Assembly: GCA_903938365.1 (NCBI GenBank)
Contig: CAJACZ010000063.1
Span: forward strand, 8,712-72,711
Reading direction: 5' to 3'
Source of the DNA: an uncultured Pseudomonadota bacterium
GTDB taxonomy: Bacteria; Pseudomonadota; Gammaproteobacteria; Steroidobacterales; Steroidobacteraceae
Length of the DNA stretch: 64,000 nucleotides
Shown here in pieces: positions 52,190 to 61,522 of this stretch. The stretch's first letter is position 1. Every line of letters begins with the position of its first letter. The translations under genes and the position numbers were made by a program. The notes under the pieces were generated by a model. That model was not told the DNA's origin. It made no database searches and saw nothing but the letters and a program-made list of their open reading frames with translations.

Positions 52190-53410
52190 TCAGTCGCCCG
52201 GCTTGGTAGCCCCGAAGATGAACCAGCTGGCGCCGTTGCCGTGGGCGGGCGCAGGCCGTTCGCCGCGCGCTGATTCGGCAAACTCGGCGTCGCTGACGGT
52301 GCCGTAGTTCGGGATCCGCCGCGAGAAGAACCGGTCGCGTGGAAAGCCTGCCCGCACGCACTCCGCAGCGAGGTCGAGTCGCCTGAAGGCCGAGTAGTGG
52401 GGCTCGTTGTTGTAGTACGCGTCCCAGTCCAGATAGAAGTCGTACCAGGGTTCCACCTCACTGGCGGGTGGCAGCTCCATGTGCACCATCACGCCGCCCG
52501 GCCGCAGCACGCGGAAGGCTTCGCGAAGGATCCTGCGGTTGGTCTCCTGCGACTGTTCGTGCAGGAAGAAGCTGGAGACGACGAGGTCGAAGTGCGCGTC
52601 CGGGTAGTCCAGCCGGGTCGCGTCCTGCTGCGAAAAGTGCGCGTCGTAACCCAGCGCGCGTGCGCGCGCGTGCGCGAAGCGCAGCAACGGCGCCCCGATA
52701 TCCACCCCGTGGCCTTCGCAGGCCGGAAAGACGTCGAGGTAGGGCAGCAGCTGGTTGGCCGCCGAGCAGCCGATGTCGAGCAGGCGTTCCGGTTGCCAGC
52801 CTGAACGGGAAATCCTGAGGTACTCGGCGATCGAGCGCGCGACGCCGCCGCCCTTGTGGCGCATCTTGAGGCCCGCCGAGAACACTTCTGTGCCGTGCCA
52901 GTACACCGCCGCCACGGCGACGTCATCGGGCTGGTACTCGGTATGGAAGCAGCCGGGCATCAGGTGGATGTCCATGCTCGAGACATCGCGCGGAACGGGC
53001 AGGGCCGCATCCAGGCGCAACGAGCCCGGACCGGGGCCCGCCGCAGCGCGGCGGGCGGTGTCGATCAACGCCGGCAGCTGGCGCTCCACCTGGGGCTGCA
53101 CGGACCACCAGGTCATCTCCTGTGCGGCGTAGCGCAGGGCGCTCCAGGCCTTGAAATAGGGGTGGGGGAGCATCGCACGCCGGATTTCGCGGGCGTCCCT
53201 GGGCGCGCGGCCCTGCGCTGCGCGGAAGCCGGGTTCGACCTCGCCGAGGTAGGTGTCCTTCAGCCGCCCCGCCATGTCGACCATGATCCGCTTGCGCAGC
53301 GTCGACACGAAGCGCTGGCGGGCCGCCTCGTCGTGGCTGGGACGCGCGATCTCGTCGATGCGGGCGGGGGCTGGAGCCGCCGTCGGCGGCGTGTGTGTCC
53401 GGTGGGTCAT
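52190..53410 (-). CDS. class I SAM-dependent methyltransferase with long N-terminal extension (paralog of 5770..6894)
   Basis: GGAGG lies 6 nt upstream of ATG 53410. SAM motif LLDIGCSAAN. It shares blocks with the other copy over its full length. Confidence 0.8.
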   Translation of the reverse strand: MTHRTHTPPTAAPAPARIDEIARPSHDEAARQRFVSTLRKRIMVDMAGRLKDTYLGEVEPGFRAAQGRAPRDAREIRRAMLPHPYFKAWSALRYAAQEMTWWSVQPQVERQLPALIDTARRAAAGPGPGSLRLDAALPVPRDVSSMDIHLMPGCFHTEYQPDDVAVAAVYWHGTEVFSAGLKMRHKGGGVARSIAEYLRISRSGWQPERLLDIGCSAANQLLPYLDVFPACEGHGVDIGAPLLRFAHARARALGYDAHFSQQDATRLDYPDAHFDLVVSSFFLHEQSQETNRRILREAFRVLRPGGVMVHMELPPASEVEPWYDFYLDWDAYYNNEPHYSAFRRLDLAAECVRAGFPRDRFFSRRIPNYGTVSDAEFAESARGERPAPAHGNGASWFIFGATKPGD

Positions 53411-53536
53411 GCCTGCCTCCAGGTTGCACTGACGTTAGCACACGGGCCTCCGGGGCAGGCGTGCGCGGCGGCATTCCAGCCGCTATCCTGAGCACCGGAT
53501 TCGCCGGCTGCCACAAGCCGGTCACAGGAACGAGCC

Positions 53537-54760
53537 ATGACGAGCGAAACTCTGTTCAAGCCCAGCGAAAGCCTGCGCAACGTGCGTTACGAGATCCGCG
53601 GCAAGCTGGCCCGGCGCGCCCAGGAACTGTCCCGGGTCGGGTACGAGATCATTTCTCTCAATATCGGCAACCCGGCGCTGTTCGGCTTCCGGACTCCCGA
53701 GACCATGCGTCTGGCGATGATCGAGAACTTTCCCGAGAGCGAGGGCTACTGCAACCAGAAAGGCATCTTCCCGGCGCGGGAGGCGGTCGTCATGCAGCAG
53801 CAGGCGCGTGGTGTGCATGGCGTGAGTGCCGAAGAGGTCTTCATCGGCAACGGCGTCAGCGAGCTGATCGACCTGAACCTGCGAGCCCTGCTCAATGACG
53901 GCGACGAGGTGCTGGTGCCCAGCCCCGACTATCCGCTCTGGACGGCGGCGGTGAACCTCAACCGCGGGCGCGCCGTGCACTATCCCTGCCGGCCGGAAAA
54001 CGGCTTCGTGCCCGACCCGGCTGACATCGCGGCCCTGGTGACGCCCCGCACGCGGGCCATCGTCGTCATCAACCCCAACAATCCGACCGGTGCTGTCTAC
54101 CCGCGTGCCGTGCTCGAGGCCATCGCGAGCCTGGCCGAGAGTCGCGGCCTCGTGGTGTTCAGCGACGAGATCTACGACCAGATCACCTACGACGGCGCGG
54201 TGTTCGTGCCGATGGCCACGCTGGTCCACGACACGATCTGCATCACCATGTCGGGCCTGTCCAAGGTCTATCGTGCCTGCGGCTATCGGGTCGGCTGGGC
54301 GGTCGTGTCGGGCAAGCTGCGCCTCGCGCAGGATTTCATCGGGGGCCTCGAACTGCTCGCCTCGCTGCGGCTGTGCAGCAACGTGCCGGGGCAGTGGGCG
54401 GTCCAGACGGCACTCGGTGGTTACCAGAGCATCCGCGAACTGGTCGTCCCGGGCGGCCGCCTGTACGAGTCGCGCAAGGTGATCGTCGAGTCCACCGCAG
54501 CCAACCCGGCGTTCACGCTGCGGCAGCCGCAGGGCGCGATGTATGCCTTCGTGGGCGTCGACACGTCCTTGCTGCCGGATTTCGACGACCAGCAGTTTGC
54601 GCTCGACCTGCTCGAGCAGAAGCATGTGCTGGTGGCGCCCGGGGTCAGCTTCAACGTGCCCTACAGGAACCACTTCCGCATCACGAACCTGCCCGACGCG
54701 GCGACCCTCAGGGTCGTGTTCCAGCGAATCGACGAACTGCTGGCCGAAAGCGCGCGGTGA
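53537..54760 (+). CDS. alaA: glutamate-pyruvate (alanine) aminotransferase, PLP-dependent
   Basis: Collinear with E. coli AlaA as recalled: LNIGNPALFGF, IGNGVSELI, VPSPDYPLWTAAV, INPNNPTGAVY, PLP-lysine GLSKVYRACGYRVGW, LCSNVPGQWAVQTALGGYQSI. Confidence 0.9.
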   Translation: MTSETLFKPSESLRNVRYEIRGKLARRAQELSRVGYEIISLNIGNPALFGFRTPETMRLAMIENFPESEGYCNQKGIFPAREAVVMQQQARGVHGVSAEEVFIGNGVSELIDLNLRALLNDGDEVLVPSPDYPLWTAAVNLNRGRAVHYPCRPENGFVPDPADIAALVTPRTRAIVVINPNNPTGAVYPRAVLEAIASLAESRGLVVFSDEIYDQITYDGAVFVPMATLVHDTICITMSGLSKVYRACGYRVGWAVVSGKLRLAQDFIGGLELLASLRLCSNVPGQWAVQTALGGYQSIRELVVPGGRLYESRKVIVESTAANPAFTLRQPQGAMYAFVGVDTSLLPDFDDQQFALDLLEQKHVLVAPGVSFNVPYRNHFRITNLPDAATLRVVFQRIDELLAESAR

Positions 54761-54773
54761 GGGCGAGCGGCGC

Positions 54774-55520
54774 CTAGAAAGTCGCTTCCTGGGCGAAGGT
54801 CCGGCGGCCCTCGGCGTCGGCGGGCCCGAGGACTTCCAGCTGTCGCTGCAGGGTCGGCGACGCTTCCGGCCGGCTGCGGACCAGGCCCTGCAGCAGATAA
54901 CCCGGCGGGCGGGTGAACTGGAGGCTGCCCGTGACCTCGAGCGGGCCACCCAGATCCTTGATCCGACCGGTCGGTGCGTCCGGCCCTGAAGGGGCCGCGT
55001 CGAAGACGACCTCGTAGCTCCCGAGCCGCAAGAGCTCGCGGTCCCCGCGCGTGAGTTCGCTCGCCTCCACGCGTCCCGCCAGGGCGATCACGCCGCCATC
55101 GCGCCAGTCGACGGCGTCGAAGTGCGCCACCACCCGACCGCGCAGGTCAGCCGGCACGGCGGCGAGGGGCAGGGCCCCCAGCGCCAGGCGCAGGTCAAGA
55201 TCTCTGGCCTCGACCTTGCCGGTCAGGCCTATGGCGAGCTTTGACGCCAGCATCAGTCCAGGCTGGTCGAGGCGCAGGGTGGCCGAGAGGCTGCCGAGCA
55301 GCAGCCTCGAGGGATGCAACTGCCAGTCGACGCTGCCGAACCTCAGGCCCTGCACGGTGAGTTGCGCGCAGTGCCCGCGCCAGACGGTTCCGGTCAACGC
55401 GCTGCAGGCGACGCCCGCCGGCAGCAGCGATTGCAGGCTGCGCGCCGGCCACCCGACGAGAAGAGTGACGCCGAACGAGAGGAAACCGGCGAGCAGCAGG
55501 TTGCGCGACCCGCGCATCAT
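54774..55520 (-). CDS. gspN: type II secretion system protein N
   Basis: 248 aa with an N-terminal TM segment, last gene of the gsp string. The call rests on position and size plus a GspN-like N-terminus (..LTGTVWRGHC..). Confidence 0.72.
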   Translation of the reverse strand: MMRGSRNLLLAGFLSFGVTLLVGWPARSLQSLLPAGVACSALTGTVWRGHCAQLTVQGLRFGSVDWQLHPSRLLLGSLSATLRLDQPGLMLASKLAIGLTGKVEARDLDLRLALGALPLAAVPADLRGRVVAHFDAVDWRDGGVIALAGRVEASELTRGDRELLRLGSYEVVFDAAPSGPDAPTGRIKDLGGPLEVTGSLQFTRPPGYLLQGLVRSRPEASPTLQRQLEVLGPADAEGRRTFAQEATF

Positions 55521-56020
55521 CAGGGCGTGGCGGCGCGCAGCACGATGCTCGCGTTGACCCGTCCCGGTTCTGCGGTCGCCTCGACCGAGCCTGATTTCAC
55601 GACGACGGCCGACTGCTGGGCGAGCGCCATCAGCATCCCGGCGAGCGCATCGAAACTTGCGCCGCGGAAACTGGCGCGCAGCGAGCCGTCGGATGCCGAT
55701 TCAGTGCCCGCGAGCGATTCCGTGAGGCCGGCCTGGCGGGCGGCGCGGTCCGCGAGCACGACCAGAGGCTCGCTCGCGGCGCCCGGTGTGCTGATCGGCC
55801 CGGCCGCGAGGATTTCCGCCGTGGCCGACTGCACGAACTCGAGGTCCCGGTGTTTCTGCGCGACACGCTCCCGGGTGGCACCGAGGCGTTGGTCCAGGGT
55901 CAGCAGGCTGCCTCCGACCAGGATCAGGCCAAAGGCCGCGGCGCCGGCCAGCAGCACTTTGCGTTCGCGCTCCTGCAGTCCGGTCCACCAGGCTGCAAGT
56001 CGGGCACGCAACGCCTTCAT
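55520..56020 (-). CDS. gspM: type II secretion system protein M
   Basis: The real start is ATG at 56020 (MKALRARLAAWWTGLQERERKVLLAGAAAF..), overlapping the gspL stop (ATGA). 166 aa, single TM segment. Confidence 0.8.
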   Translation of the reverse strand: MKALRARLAAWWTGLQERERKVLLAGAAAFGLILVGGSLLTLDQRLGATRERVAQKHRDLEFVQSATAEILAAGPISTPGAASEPLVVLADRAARQAGLTESLAGTESASDGSLRASFRGASFDALAGMLMALAQQSAVVVKSGSVEATAEPGRVNASIVLRAATP

Positions 56021-57297
56021 GTGGCCGCCGCCGCGTTGGGGGACTGCAGCCGGATGCGGCCTTCGTAACCCGCGCTCGTGCCGGACCCGCCGAGCAGTTC
56101 GGCTTGCCAGCCGGCGGCGCGCAGCGAGGCGCCGATGCGCTCGATGCTTGCGGCGTCCCCCGCCTTGAGGCGCAGTTCGACGCTGCCGCTCTCGATCAGG
56201 AGGCCCTGCAGGATCGCGTCGGGCGCCGCGTTCCGCGCCTCGGCGAAGGCGGCGAGCGCCGGCAGCAGGCCGTCCCGGGCAGCGCCCGGACCGCGCGCGG
56301 CCAGCAGGCGGGCCTCGATGGCGCGGCGGGCATCGCGAGCCGACGTTCCGGGCTCCGAAACGGTCTGGAGGGCCTGTTCCAGGCTGGCGTCGACCTGCTG
56401 TTCCTGGACGTTCAGGCGTCGCAGTTCGCTGAACTGGCTGCCGCCATGCAGCACCAGCAGCAGCAGTGCCAGGCCAGCGGCGAGGCGCCATCGGCGCCAG
56501 TCCGGCGCGGCACTGGCCCGCGGCGCGAACGCGCCCTGCAGGAGGTTGATCGGCAGGCCGGCGGCCAAGTGCTCGGCAAGCCAGGGCAGGGGGCCGTACG
56601 GCAGCTGCTGGATGGCCAGGCTGGCGAAACGGCTGCGCAGTGCCTCGATGTCGCCTTCACGCGCCTCCCAGTCGGCGGGGCTTGCCTGAACCCGCAGGCC
56701 CAGGGCACCGGCGCCTGAGGCACTGAACCGGGCGCCCGGAGGGGCTGAGGCCTGCAGGGCAAGGTCCACGGCCGCCGACAGGGGGTGCGAGGGCAGGCTG
56801 AGGGCCCGGCCTTCGGGCGGGCACAGATGCACCGTATCGCCGTCGACCAGCATGACGAGGTGACCTGGCTGACTGCGCACCAGGGCGGTTTCCGGGTAGA
56901 CCGCCTGGGGAGCGAGTCCGGCCGCCCCGAGGGTGTCGAGCACGCCCTGCAAGGTGGCTTTGCCGATGACGCAGACTGCGGTGCGCCCGTCTGCCGCACG
57001 GGCACCGAGCGCAAAATGCAGCGTGTCCACGTCGGCCGCGACCTGTTCCTCGAGCGCGTAGGGCACCGCCTGCAGCAGCTTGCTGCCGGCGCGCGCCGGC
57101 AGTTCGGCATCGAGGGTCGTGACCTCTGCGCCCGGCAGAAGCACGACGACCCTGCGGCCGGCGGCCTCCGCGGCGGCCTCGGCGAGGGTCCCGCTGCGCG
57201 GGGAGGTGCGCGGTTCGCCGCCAGGCGTGCACGCCATGAACACGGCGGTCTCCGTGTCCCGTGCGGGATCGAATCGGATCAGGAGCCACTCAGCCAT
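56017..57297 (-). CDS. gspL: type II secretion system protein L
   Basis: The real start is ATG at 57297 (MAEWLLIRF..). 426 aa. Block LLQAVPYALEEQVAADVDTLHFA. Central TM segment. Confidence 0.85.
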   Translation of the reverse strand: MAEWLLIRFDPARDTETAVFMACTPGGEPRTSPRSGTLAEAAAEAAGRRVVVLLPGAEVTTLDAELPARAGSKLLQAVPYALEEQVAADVDTLHFALGARAADGRTAVCVIGKATLQGVLDTLGAAGLAPQAVYPETALVRSQPGHLVMLVDGDTVHLCPPEGRALSLPSHPLSAAVDLALQASAPPGARFSASGAGALGLRVQASPADWEAREGDIEALRSRFASLAIQQLPYGPLPWLAEHLAAGLPINLLQGAFAPRASAAPDWRRWRLAAGLALLLLVLHGGSQFSELRRLNVQEQQVDASLEQALQTVSEPGTSARDARRAIEARLLAARGPGAARDGLLPALAAFAEARNAAPDAILQGLLIESGSVELRLKAGDAASIERIGASLRAAGWQAELLGGSGTSAGYEGRIRLQSPNAAAAT

Positions 57298-57301
57298 CAG
57301 T

Positions 57302-58267
57302 TCATTCCGTGAAGCCGCGCGAGATGACGCGAACCGCGGGGGGGCCGGCGGCGGCTCCCTCATGGCGAAGCAGACTGTACAAGGCGAACTCCGAGGTGCC
57401 AATGGCGGCGAGGCTGCGCAACTGGAAGTGGCTCGAGGTCTGGCCGATGCCCAGCGAGTTCTGGATCAGCTGGAACTGGCCCGGGTTGGAGAAGAAATTG
57501 CGGAAATCCTCGAGGCGCGGGAAACATTTTCCGGCGCGGTTGCGGGCCAGCGCGTCGCCTGCGCCCGCCCACTGTCTTTCGTCGGTGAGCGCGTCGAGCA
57601 GCACGCCGGGGGCGGTGCACAGGTTGAGCGCTGCCCCGCGCGGCAGCGCCGTGACGTACGGCGCCAGTTTTGCGTACCGTTCCGCGCCGAAGCCCTTCAG
57701 CGCCAGCAATTCGCTGGGACTGGTCACCGGTCGATTGGGGGGGCGGTAGCCGGGCTGCTCCGACGAGTAGAGGTCGTCCTCGGCACCGCCCGGTCCCGGG
57801 TTTACGTCGCGGTCGATCCAGTCGACCATCGCCGTGGCCCAATCGCGTTCGACGCCCACGCCCTCGAGCAGGCGCTCGAACACGCCGACTGCGACCTCGT
57901 CCCGGACGCCATCGGCGTCCACGAGGCTGTTCAGGTTGAAACGACCCTGCAGGTCGACGAGCTGCGCCTGCAGCAGGGCGCCCGGCAGCACTTCCACCGG
58001 GCCGATCGGCTGCGCCCAGGTCTGTGCCGGGTGCAACTGCGCGCCCGGGTCCTTCAGGGCATCGTTCAGCACTTTCGCTGCAAGGGCTTCGGCTGCGCCG
58101 GCCAGCAGCATGGCCTGGTCCTGTGCCGCAGCCCCGCCACCGCGGCGCGCGCTGAGTGCGGTGTCGAACGCAATCGCCGCCGCGACCACGGTCGCAAGCG
58201 CGACCAGCACCACCGCGGTGATCAGCGCCACCCCGCGCTGCCGACGGGCGATCGCGCGCCCGCTCAA
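57302..58267 (-). CDS. gspK: type II secretion minor pseudopilin K
   Basis: Candidate TTG 58267 overlaps the gspJ stop (TTGA). N-terminus RRQRGVALITAVVLVALATVV. 321 aa. Confidence 0.83.
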   Translation of the reverse strand: MSGRAIARRQRGVALITAVVLVALATVVAAAIAFDTALSARRGGGAAAQDQAMLLAGAAEALAAKVLNDALKDPGAQLHPAQTWAQPIGPVEVLPGALLQAQLVDLQGRFNLNSLVDADGVRDEVAVGVFERLLEGVGVERDWATAMVDWIDRDVNPGPGGAEDDLYSSEQPGYRPPNRPVTSPSELLALKGFGAERYAKLAPYVTALPRGAALNLCTAPGVLLDALTDERQWAGAGDALARNRAGKCFPRLEDFRNFFSNPGQFQLIQNSLGIGQTSSHFQLRSLAAIGTSEFALYSLLRHEGAAAGPPAVRVISRGFTE

Positions 58268-58890
58268 CCCGGAACCTCGATGAAGCGGGTGATGACGCCG
58301 AAGTCCTCGGTCTCGAGGGTGATTTCCACCGCGACGGGGCGCAGTCGCAGCTGGCGGTACTCCGGCAGGGACGACCCCGGGGGCGGCCATTGCTCGCGCC
58401 ATTCGCGATTGGCGTCGAGGTAGCGCAGTTTCACGGCGCGCACCTGTTTCAGCAGCACCCGCCGCAGTGGCACAGTGGACTGCGTCCGGTCGAGCACGGG
58501 CCAGGCCGTGCGGACCAGCGTCTGGTTTTCGTACAGGTAGTCGACCCGTTGCAGCGCGGGCCGTTGCGCGCCCGCAAAATTGCCGTAACCGCCGCGCGTC
58601 AGCGAGACCAGCGTCGTGACGCGCGGATCGGCCACGAAGGCCGGCTCGGCGCCCGTGCCGATGGCGTCGCGTACCGGGCGTGGTGCGGCCTGTGCGAAAT
58701 CCTGGGTCAGCACGCGCACGGCGCGCTGCAGTTCATTGAGGCGCTGCTGCTGCCCCCGGACGCGGTCGCGATTGTCCAGCGCCTGGGTGATCGCGCCGTA
58801 GCCGAGCGCGAACATGATGGCGGTCACGAACAGCGCGACGAGCAGTTCGATCAGCGTGACGCCGCGCCCGTGCCCGCGCCCGCGGCTCAC
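58264..58890 (-). CDS. gspJ: type II secretion minor pseudopilin J
   Basis: GTG 58890 overlaps the gspI stop (GTGA). Prepilin motif GRGVTLIELLVALFV. Confidence 0.85.
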   Translation of the reverse strand: MSRGRGHGRGVTLIELLVALFVTAIMFALGYGAITQALDNRDRVRGQQQRLNELQRAVRVLTQDFAQAAPRPVRDAIGTGAEPAFVADPRVTTLVSLTRGGYGNFAGAQRPALQRVDYLYENQTLVRTAWPVLDRTQSTVPLRRVLLKQVRAVKLRYLDANREWREQWPPPGSSLPEYRQLRLRPVAVEITLETEDFGVITRFIEVPG

Positions 58891-59444
58891 GTGGCGCCCT
58901 CGCTGGCGGGCTGGATGCCGGCGTCGGGCGGGGGTTGCATGGGGTCGCCACCGGCCGGTGTCCCGGATTCCGGGGACTGCCCGTCGGCAGGCGCTCCGTT
59001 GTCTCCGGGCGGACCCCCGGAGGGCGCCGGGTCCCAGTCCGGCTCCGCACCGGTGGCCGGGGCGATATCCCGGCCCAGCACGCCGCTCAGGCTCGCGGTC
59101 CACTGGTCCGCCGCCGCCGTGCTGCCGGCAGGGCGCACCCGGACATCGATCCGGCGCAGCCCGGGGATTTCGCCCTGCTTGATCTCCTGGCGCCACTGCC
59201 AGCGCTGGCCTGCGAACTCGAGGTCGCCTTCCGTGTCGCCGTCCTGGGGCGGAGCGAGCGCGACGCGTGCCTCGGCGATGCGGTTGCCGGCGATCCACTG
59301 TGCGAAGGTCTTCTCGCGCAGGTAGGTGGTGCTGGCGGCCGCGGTGGTGAGTGCTGAAAGCACCGCCGCCGCGCCGGCGGCGACGATCACGAGCGCGACC
59401 AGCACTTCGACCAGGGTGAAGCCGCCGCGCCGAGGTCCCTTCAC
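58887..59444 (-). CDS. gspI: type II secretion minor pseudopilin I with ~60-aa Pro/Gly/Asp-rich C-terminal extension
   Basis: The GTG start overlaps the gspH stop. Prepilin motif RGGFTLVEVLVALVIV. The canonical domain ends around residue 125 and the tail runs to residue 185. Confidence 0.85.
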   Translation of the reverse strand: MKGPRRGGFTLVEVLVALVIVAAGAAAVLSALTTAAASTTYLREKTFAQWIAGNRIAEARVALAPPQDGDTEGDLEFAGQRWQWRQEIKQGEIPGLRRIDVRVRPAGSTAAADQWTASLSGVLGRDIAPATGAEPDWDPAPSGGPPGDNGAPADGQSPESGTPAGGDPMQPPPDAGIQPASEGAT

Positions 59445-59971
59445 GGCGCGCCATCCTCGAGGAGTTCGTCCCGCTGCAGCGTGCCGTCCTCGAGCGTCCT
59501 GAGCGTCTGGCGGGCCGTCGTTCCCGCCCTGCGCAGCGTCAGGGCGAAGGGCGTGTATTCACCGCCAGACTGCATGCCGACCTGCGGCACGGGCGCAAGC
59601 TTGCCGGCTGTTTCGGCCAGCACCACGCGCCGTCCTTCCAGTTCCAGGTCGAGGGTGAGACCCGCCGGCAGGCGGCGGGGCCGCAGCGCGTCGTCGATCA
59701 CCAAGGTCCATTGGCCCGAGCGGGGTTCGAAGACGACGAAGTCATAGCCACCGCGCGTCACGCGCAGGCCATAGTCGCGGGTCTGCAGTTCGGCCATTTC
59801 GCGGGCGTGGTCGAGCAGGGCCTCGATGCGGCGCGTCTCGGTTTCCAGGGTCCGGTCGCGACCCACGACCCCCAGCGCGAGCAGCGCGCCCACGGCCATC
59901 ATGCCGATGATCACGACCACCACGAGCATCTCGACGAGCGTGAAGCCGCGCGCGAGTCGGGTGTGATGCAT
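59441..59971 (-). CDS. gspH: type II secretion minor pseudopilin H
   Basis: Prepilin motif ARGFTLVEMLVVVVIIG. 176 aa. Confidence 0.85.
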   Translation of the reverse strand: MHHTRLARGFTLVEMLVVVVIIGMMAVGALLALGVVGRDRTLETETRRIEALLDHAREMAELQTRDYGLRVTRGGYDFVVFEPRSGQWTLVIDDALRPRRLPAGLTLDLELEGRRVVLAETAGKLAPVPQVGMQSGGEYTPFALTLRRAGTTARQTLRTLEDGTLQRDELLEDGAP

Positions 59972-59988
59972 CCGGTGGGGCAGGGGCC

Positions 59989-60447
59989 TCAGTTGTCGAT
60001 GTTCCAGTTGCCGACGTTGTCCTTGTCGCTCTCGTCGGTGCCTTCCTGGCCATCGGGCCCGAGCGAGTAGAGGTCGTATTCGCGACCCCGCGAACCCGGG
60101 TAGGCGTAGCGGTAGTCGTTGCCCCAGGGGTCCCTGGAGGCGCGCGACAGGTAGCCACCGGGCTTCCAGTTGCGCACGGTCGGGTCGTCCGGCTTCTGCA
60201 CCAGCGCGCGCAGGCCCTGCGCGGTGCTCGGGTAACGCGCCGTGTCGAGGCGGTACATCGTGAGCGCGGTTTCGATCGCGCGGACGTCGCCCTGCACCTT
60301 GGTGATGCGGGCATCGTCAACCCGTCCGAGCACCTGCGGCACGATGAAAGCGGCGAGCAGTCCGATGATGACCACCACCACCATGATTTCGATCAGCGTG
60401 AAGCCCGACTGGGCGGCGCGCCTGCTGAGGGTTCCGGGTTGTTTCAT
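59989..60447 (-). CDS. gspG: type II secretion major pseudopilin G
   Basis: The real start is ATG at 60447 (MKQPGTLSRRAAQSGFTLIEIMVVVVIIGLLAA..). Block DPWGNDYRY..YDLYSLGPDG. Confidence 0.95.
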   Translation of the reverse strand: MKQPGTLSRRAAQSGFTLIEIMVVVVIIGLLAAFIVPQVLGRVDDARITKVQGDVRAIETALTMYRLDTARYPSTAQGLRALVQKPDDPTVRNWKPGGYLSRASRDPWGNDYRYAYPGSRGREYDLYSLGPDGQEGTDESDKDNVGNWNIDN

Positions 60448-60533
60448 GTGTGTCTGCCGGTGCTTGCGCATACGGCCTCCTTGAGGGTCTGGATCATAGC
60501 AAACGCACCCCTTCGGCATGGTTGTCACTCCGC

Positions 60534-60539
60534 TATAAT
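60534..60539 (+). promoter_or_regulatory. perfect TATAAT -10 hexamer upstream of fabD
   Basis: Read directly, 31 nt upstream of ATG 60570 in the gspG/fabD divergent region. There is no convincing -35 at 17 bp. Confidence 0.35.
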
Positions 60540-60569
60540 CCGCGCCCATTGCGGCAATGGGGTGGCGGA

Positions 60570-61520
60570 ATGGCTCTGGCTTTCGTGTTTCCGGGACAGG
60601 GCTCACAGTCGGTGGGCATGCTCTCCGACCTGGCCACCGACCATCCGGTGGTGCGCTCGACCTTCGACAGCGCCTCGGGAGTGCTCGGTTACGACCTCTG
60701 GCTGCTCGCGCAACAGGGGCCTGCGGAACGGCTGGCCGAAACCGAAGTGACCCAGCCGCTGATGCTGGTCGCCGGGGTTGCGACCTACCGTGTGTGGTGC
60801 AGTCTCCGCGGCCGCAGCCCGGATATCGTTGCCGGCCACAGCCTCGGCGAATTCAGCGCGCTGGTGGCTGCCGGCGTCATGTCCTTCGAGGATGCCGTGG
60901 GGCTCGTGCGCTTCCGCGGTCAGGTCATGCAGGAGGCCGTGCCGGTCGGCGAGGGCGGCATGGCGGCGATCCTCGGCCTGTCCGATGAGGACGTCGAGGC
61001 CGCCTGTGCCGAGGCCGCCCAGGGCGAGGTGGTCGAAGCCGTCAATTACAATGCGCCGGCGCAGGTCGTGATCGCCGGCCATGCCGCTGCGCTGCAGCGC
61101 GCCATCGAGGCCGCGAAGGCACGCGGCGCGAAGCGGGGACTGCCGCTGCCGATCAGTGTTCCCTGCCACAGCAGCCTGATGCGTGCCGGGTCCGAGCGGC
61201 TTGCCGGGCGCCTGCTGGCGCTGCCGCTGCGGGCGCCGGGCATGCGTTTCATGAGCTCGGTGGACGCCAGCGAATTCTCCGAGCCCGCTGACATCGGCCC
61301 GCTGATGGTGCGCCAGCTGGCGAGCCCCGTGCGTTGGGTGGCCACGGTTCGTGCCCTGGTGGCCGCCGGGGTCGACACCTTCGTCGAATGCGGGCCCGGC
61401 AAGGTCCTCACGGGTCTGGGCCGCCGGATCGAGAAACGCCCCGAGATCGCCTGTCTGGCGCTGGACGACCGTGCGAGTCTGGCGGCCGCGCTCGCGGCGC
61501 TGGGAACCCAGGGAGGTTGA
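60570..61520 (+). CDS. fabD: malonyl-CoA:ACP transacylase
   Basis: MALAFVFPGQGSQSVGML, active-site GHSLGEFSALV, and VPCHSSLM. Confidence 0.95.
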   Translation: MALAFVFPGQGSQSVGMLSDLATDHPVVRSTFDSASGVLGYDLWLLAQQGPAERLAETEVTQPLMLVAGVATYRVWCSLRGRSPDIVAGHSLGEFSALVAAGVMSFEDAVGLVRFRGQVMQEAVPVGEGGMAAILGLSDEDVEAACAEAAQGEVVEAVNYNAPAQVVIAGHAAALQRAIEAAKARGAKRGLPLPISVPCHSSLMRAGSERLAGRLLALPLRAPGMRFMSSVDASEFSEPADIGPLMVRQLASPVRWVATVRALVAAGVDTFVECGPGKVLTGLGRRIEKRPEIACLALDDRASLAAALAALGTQGG

Positions 61521-61522
61521 AC

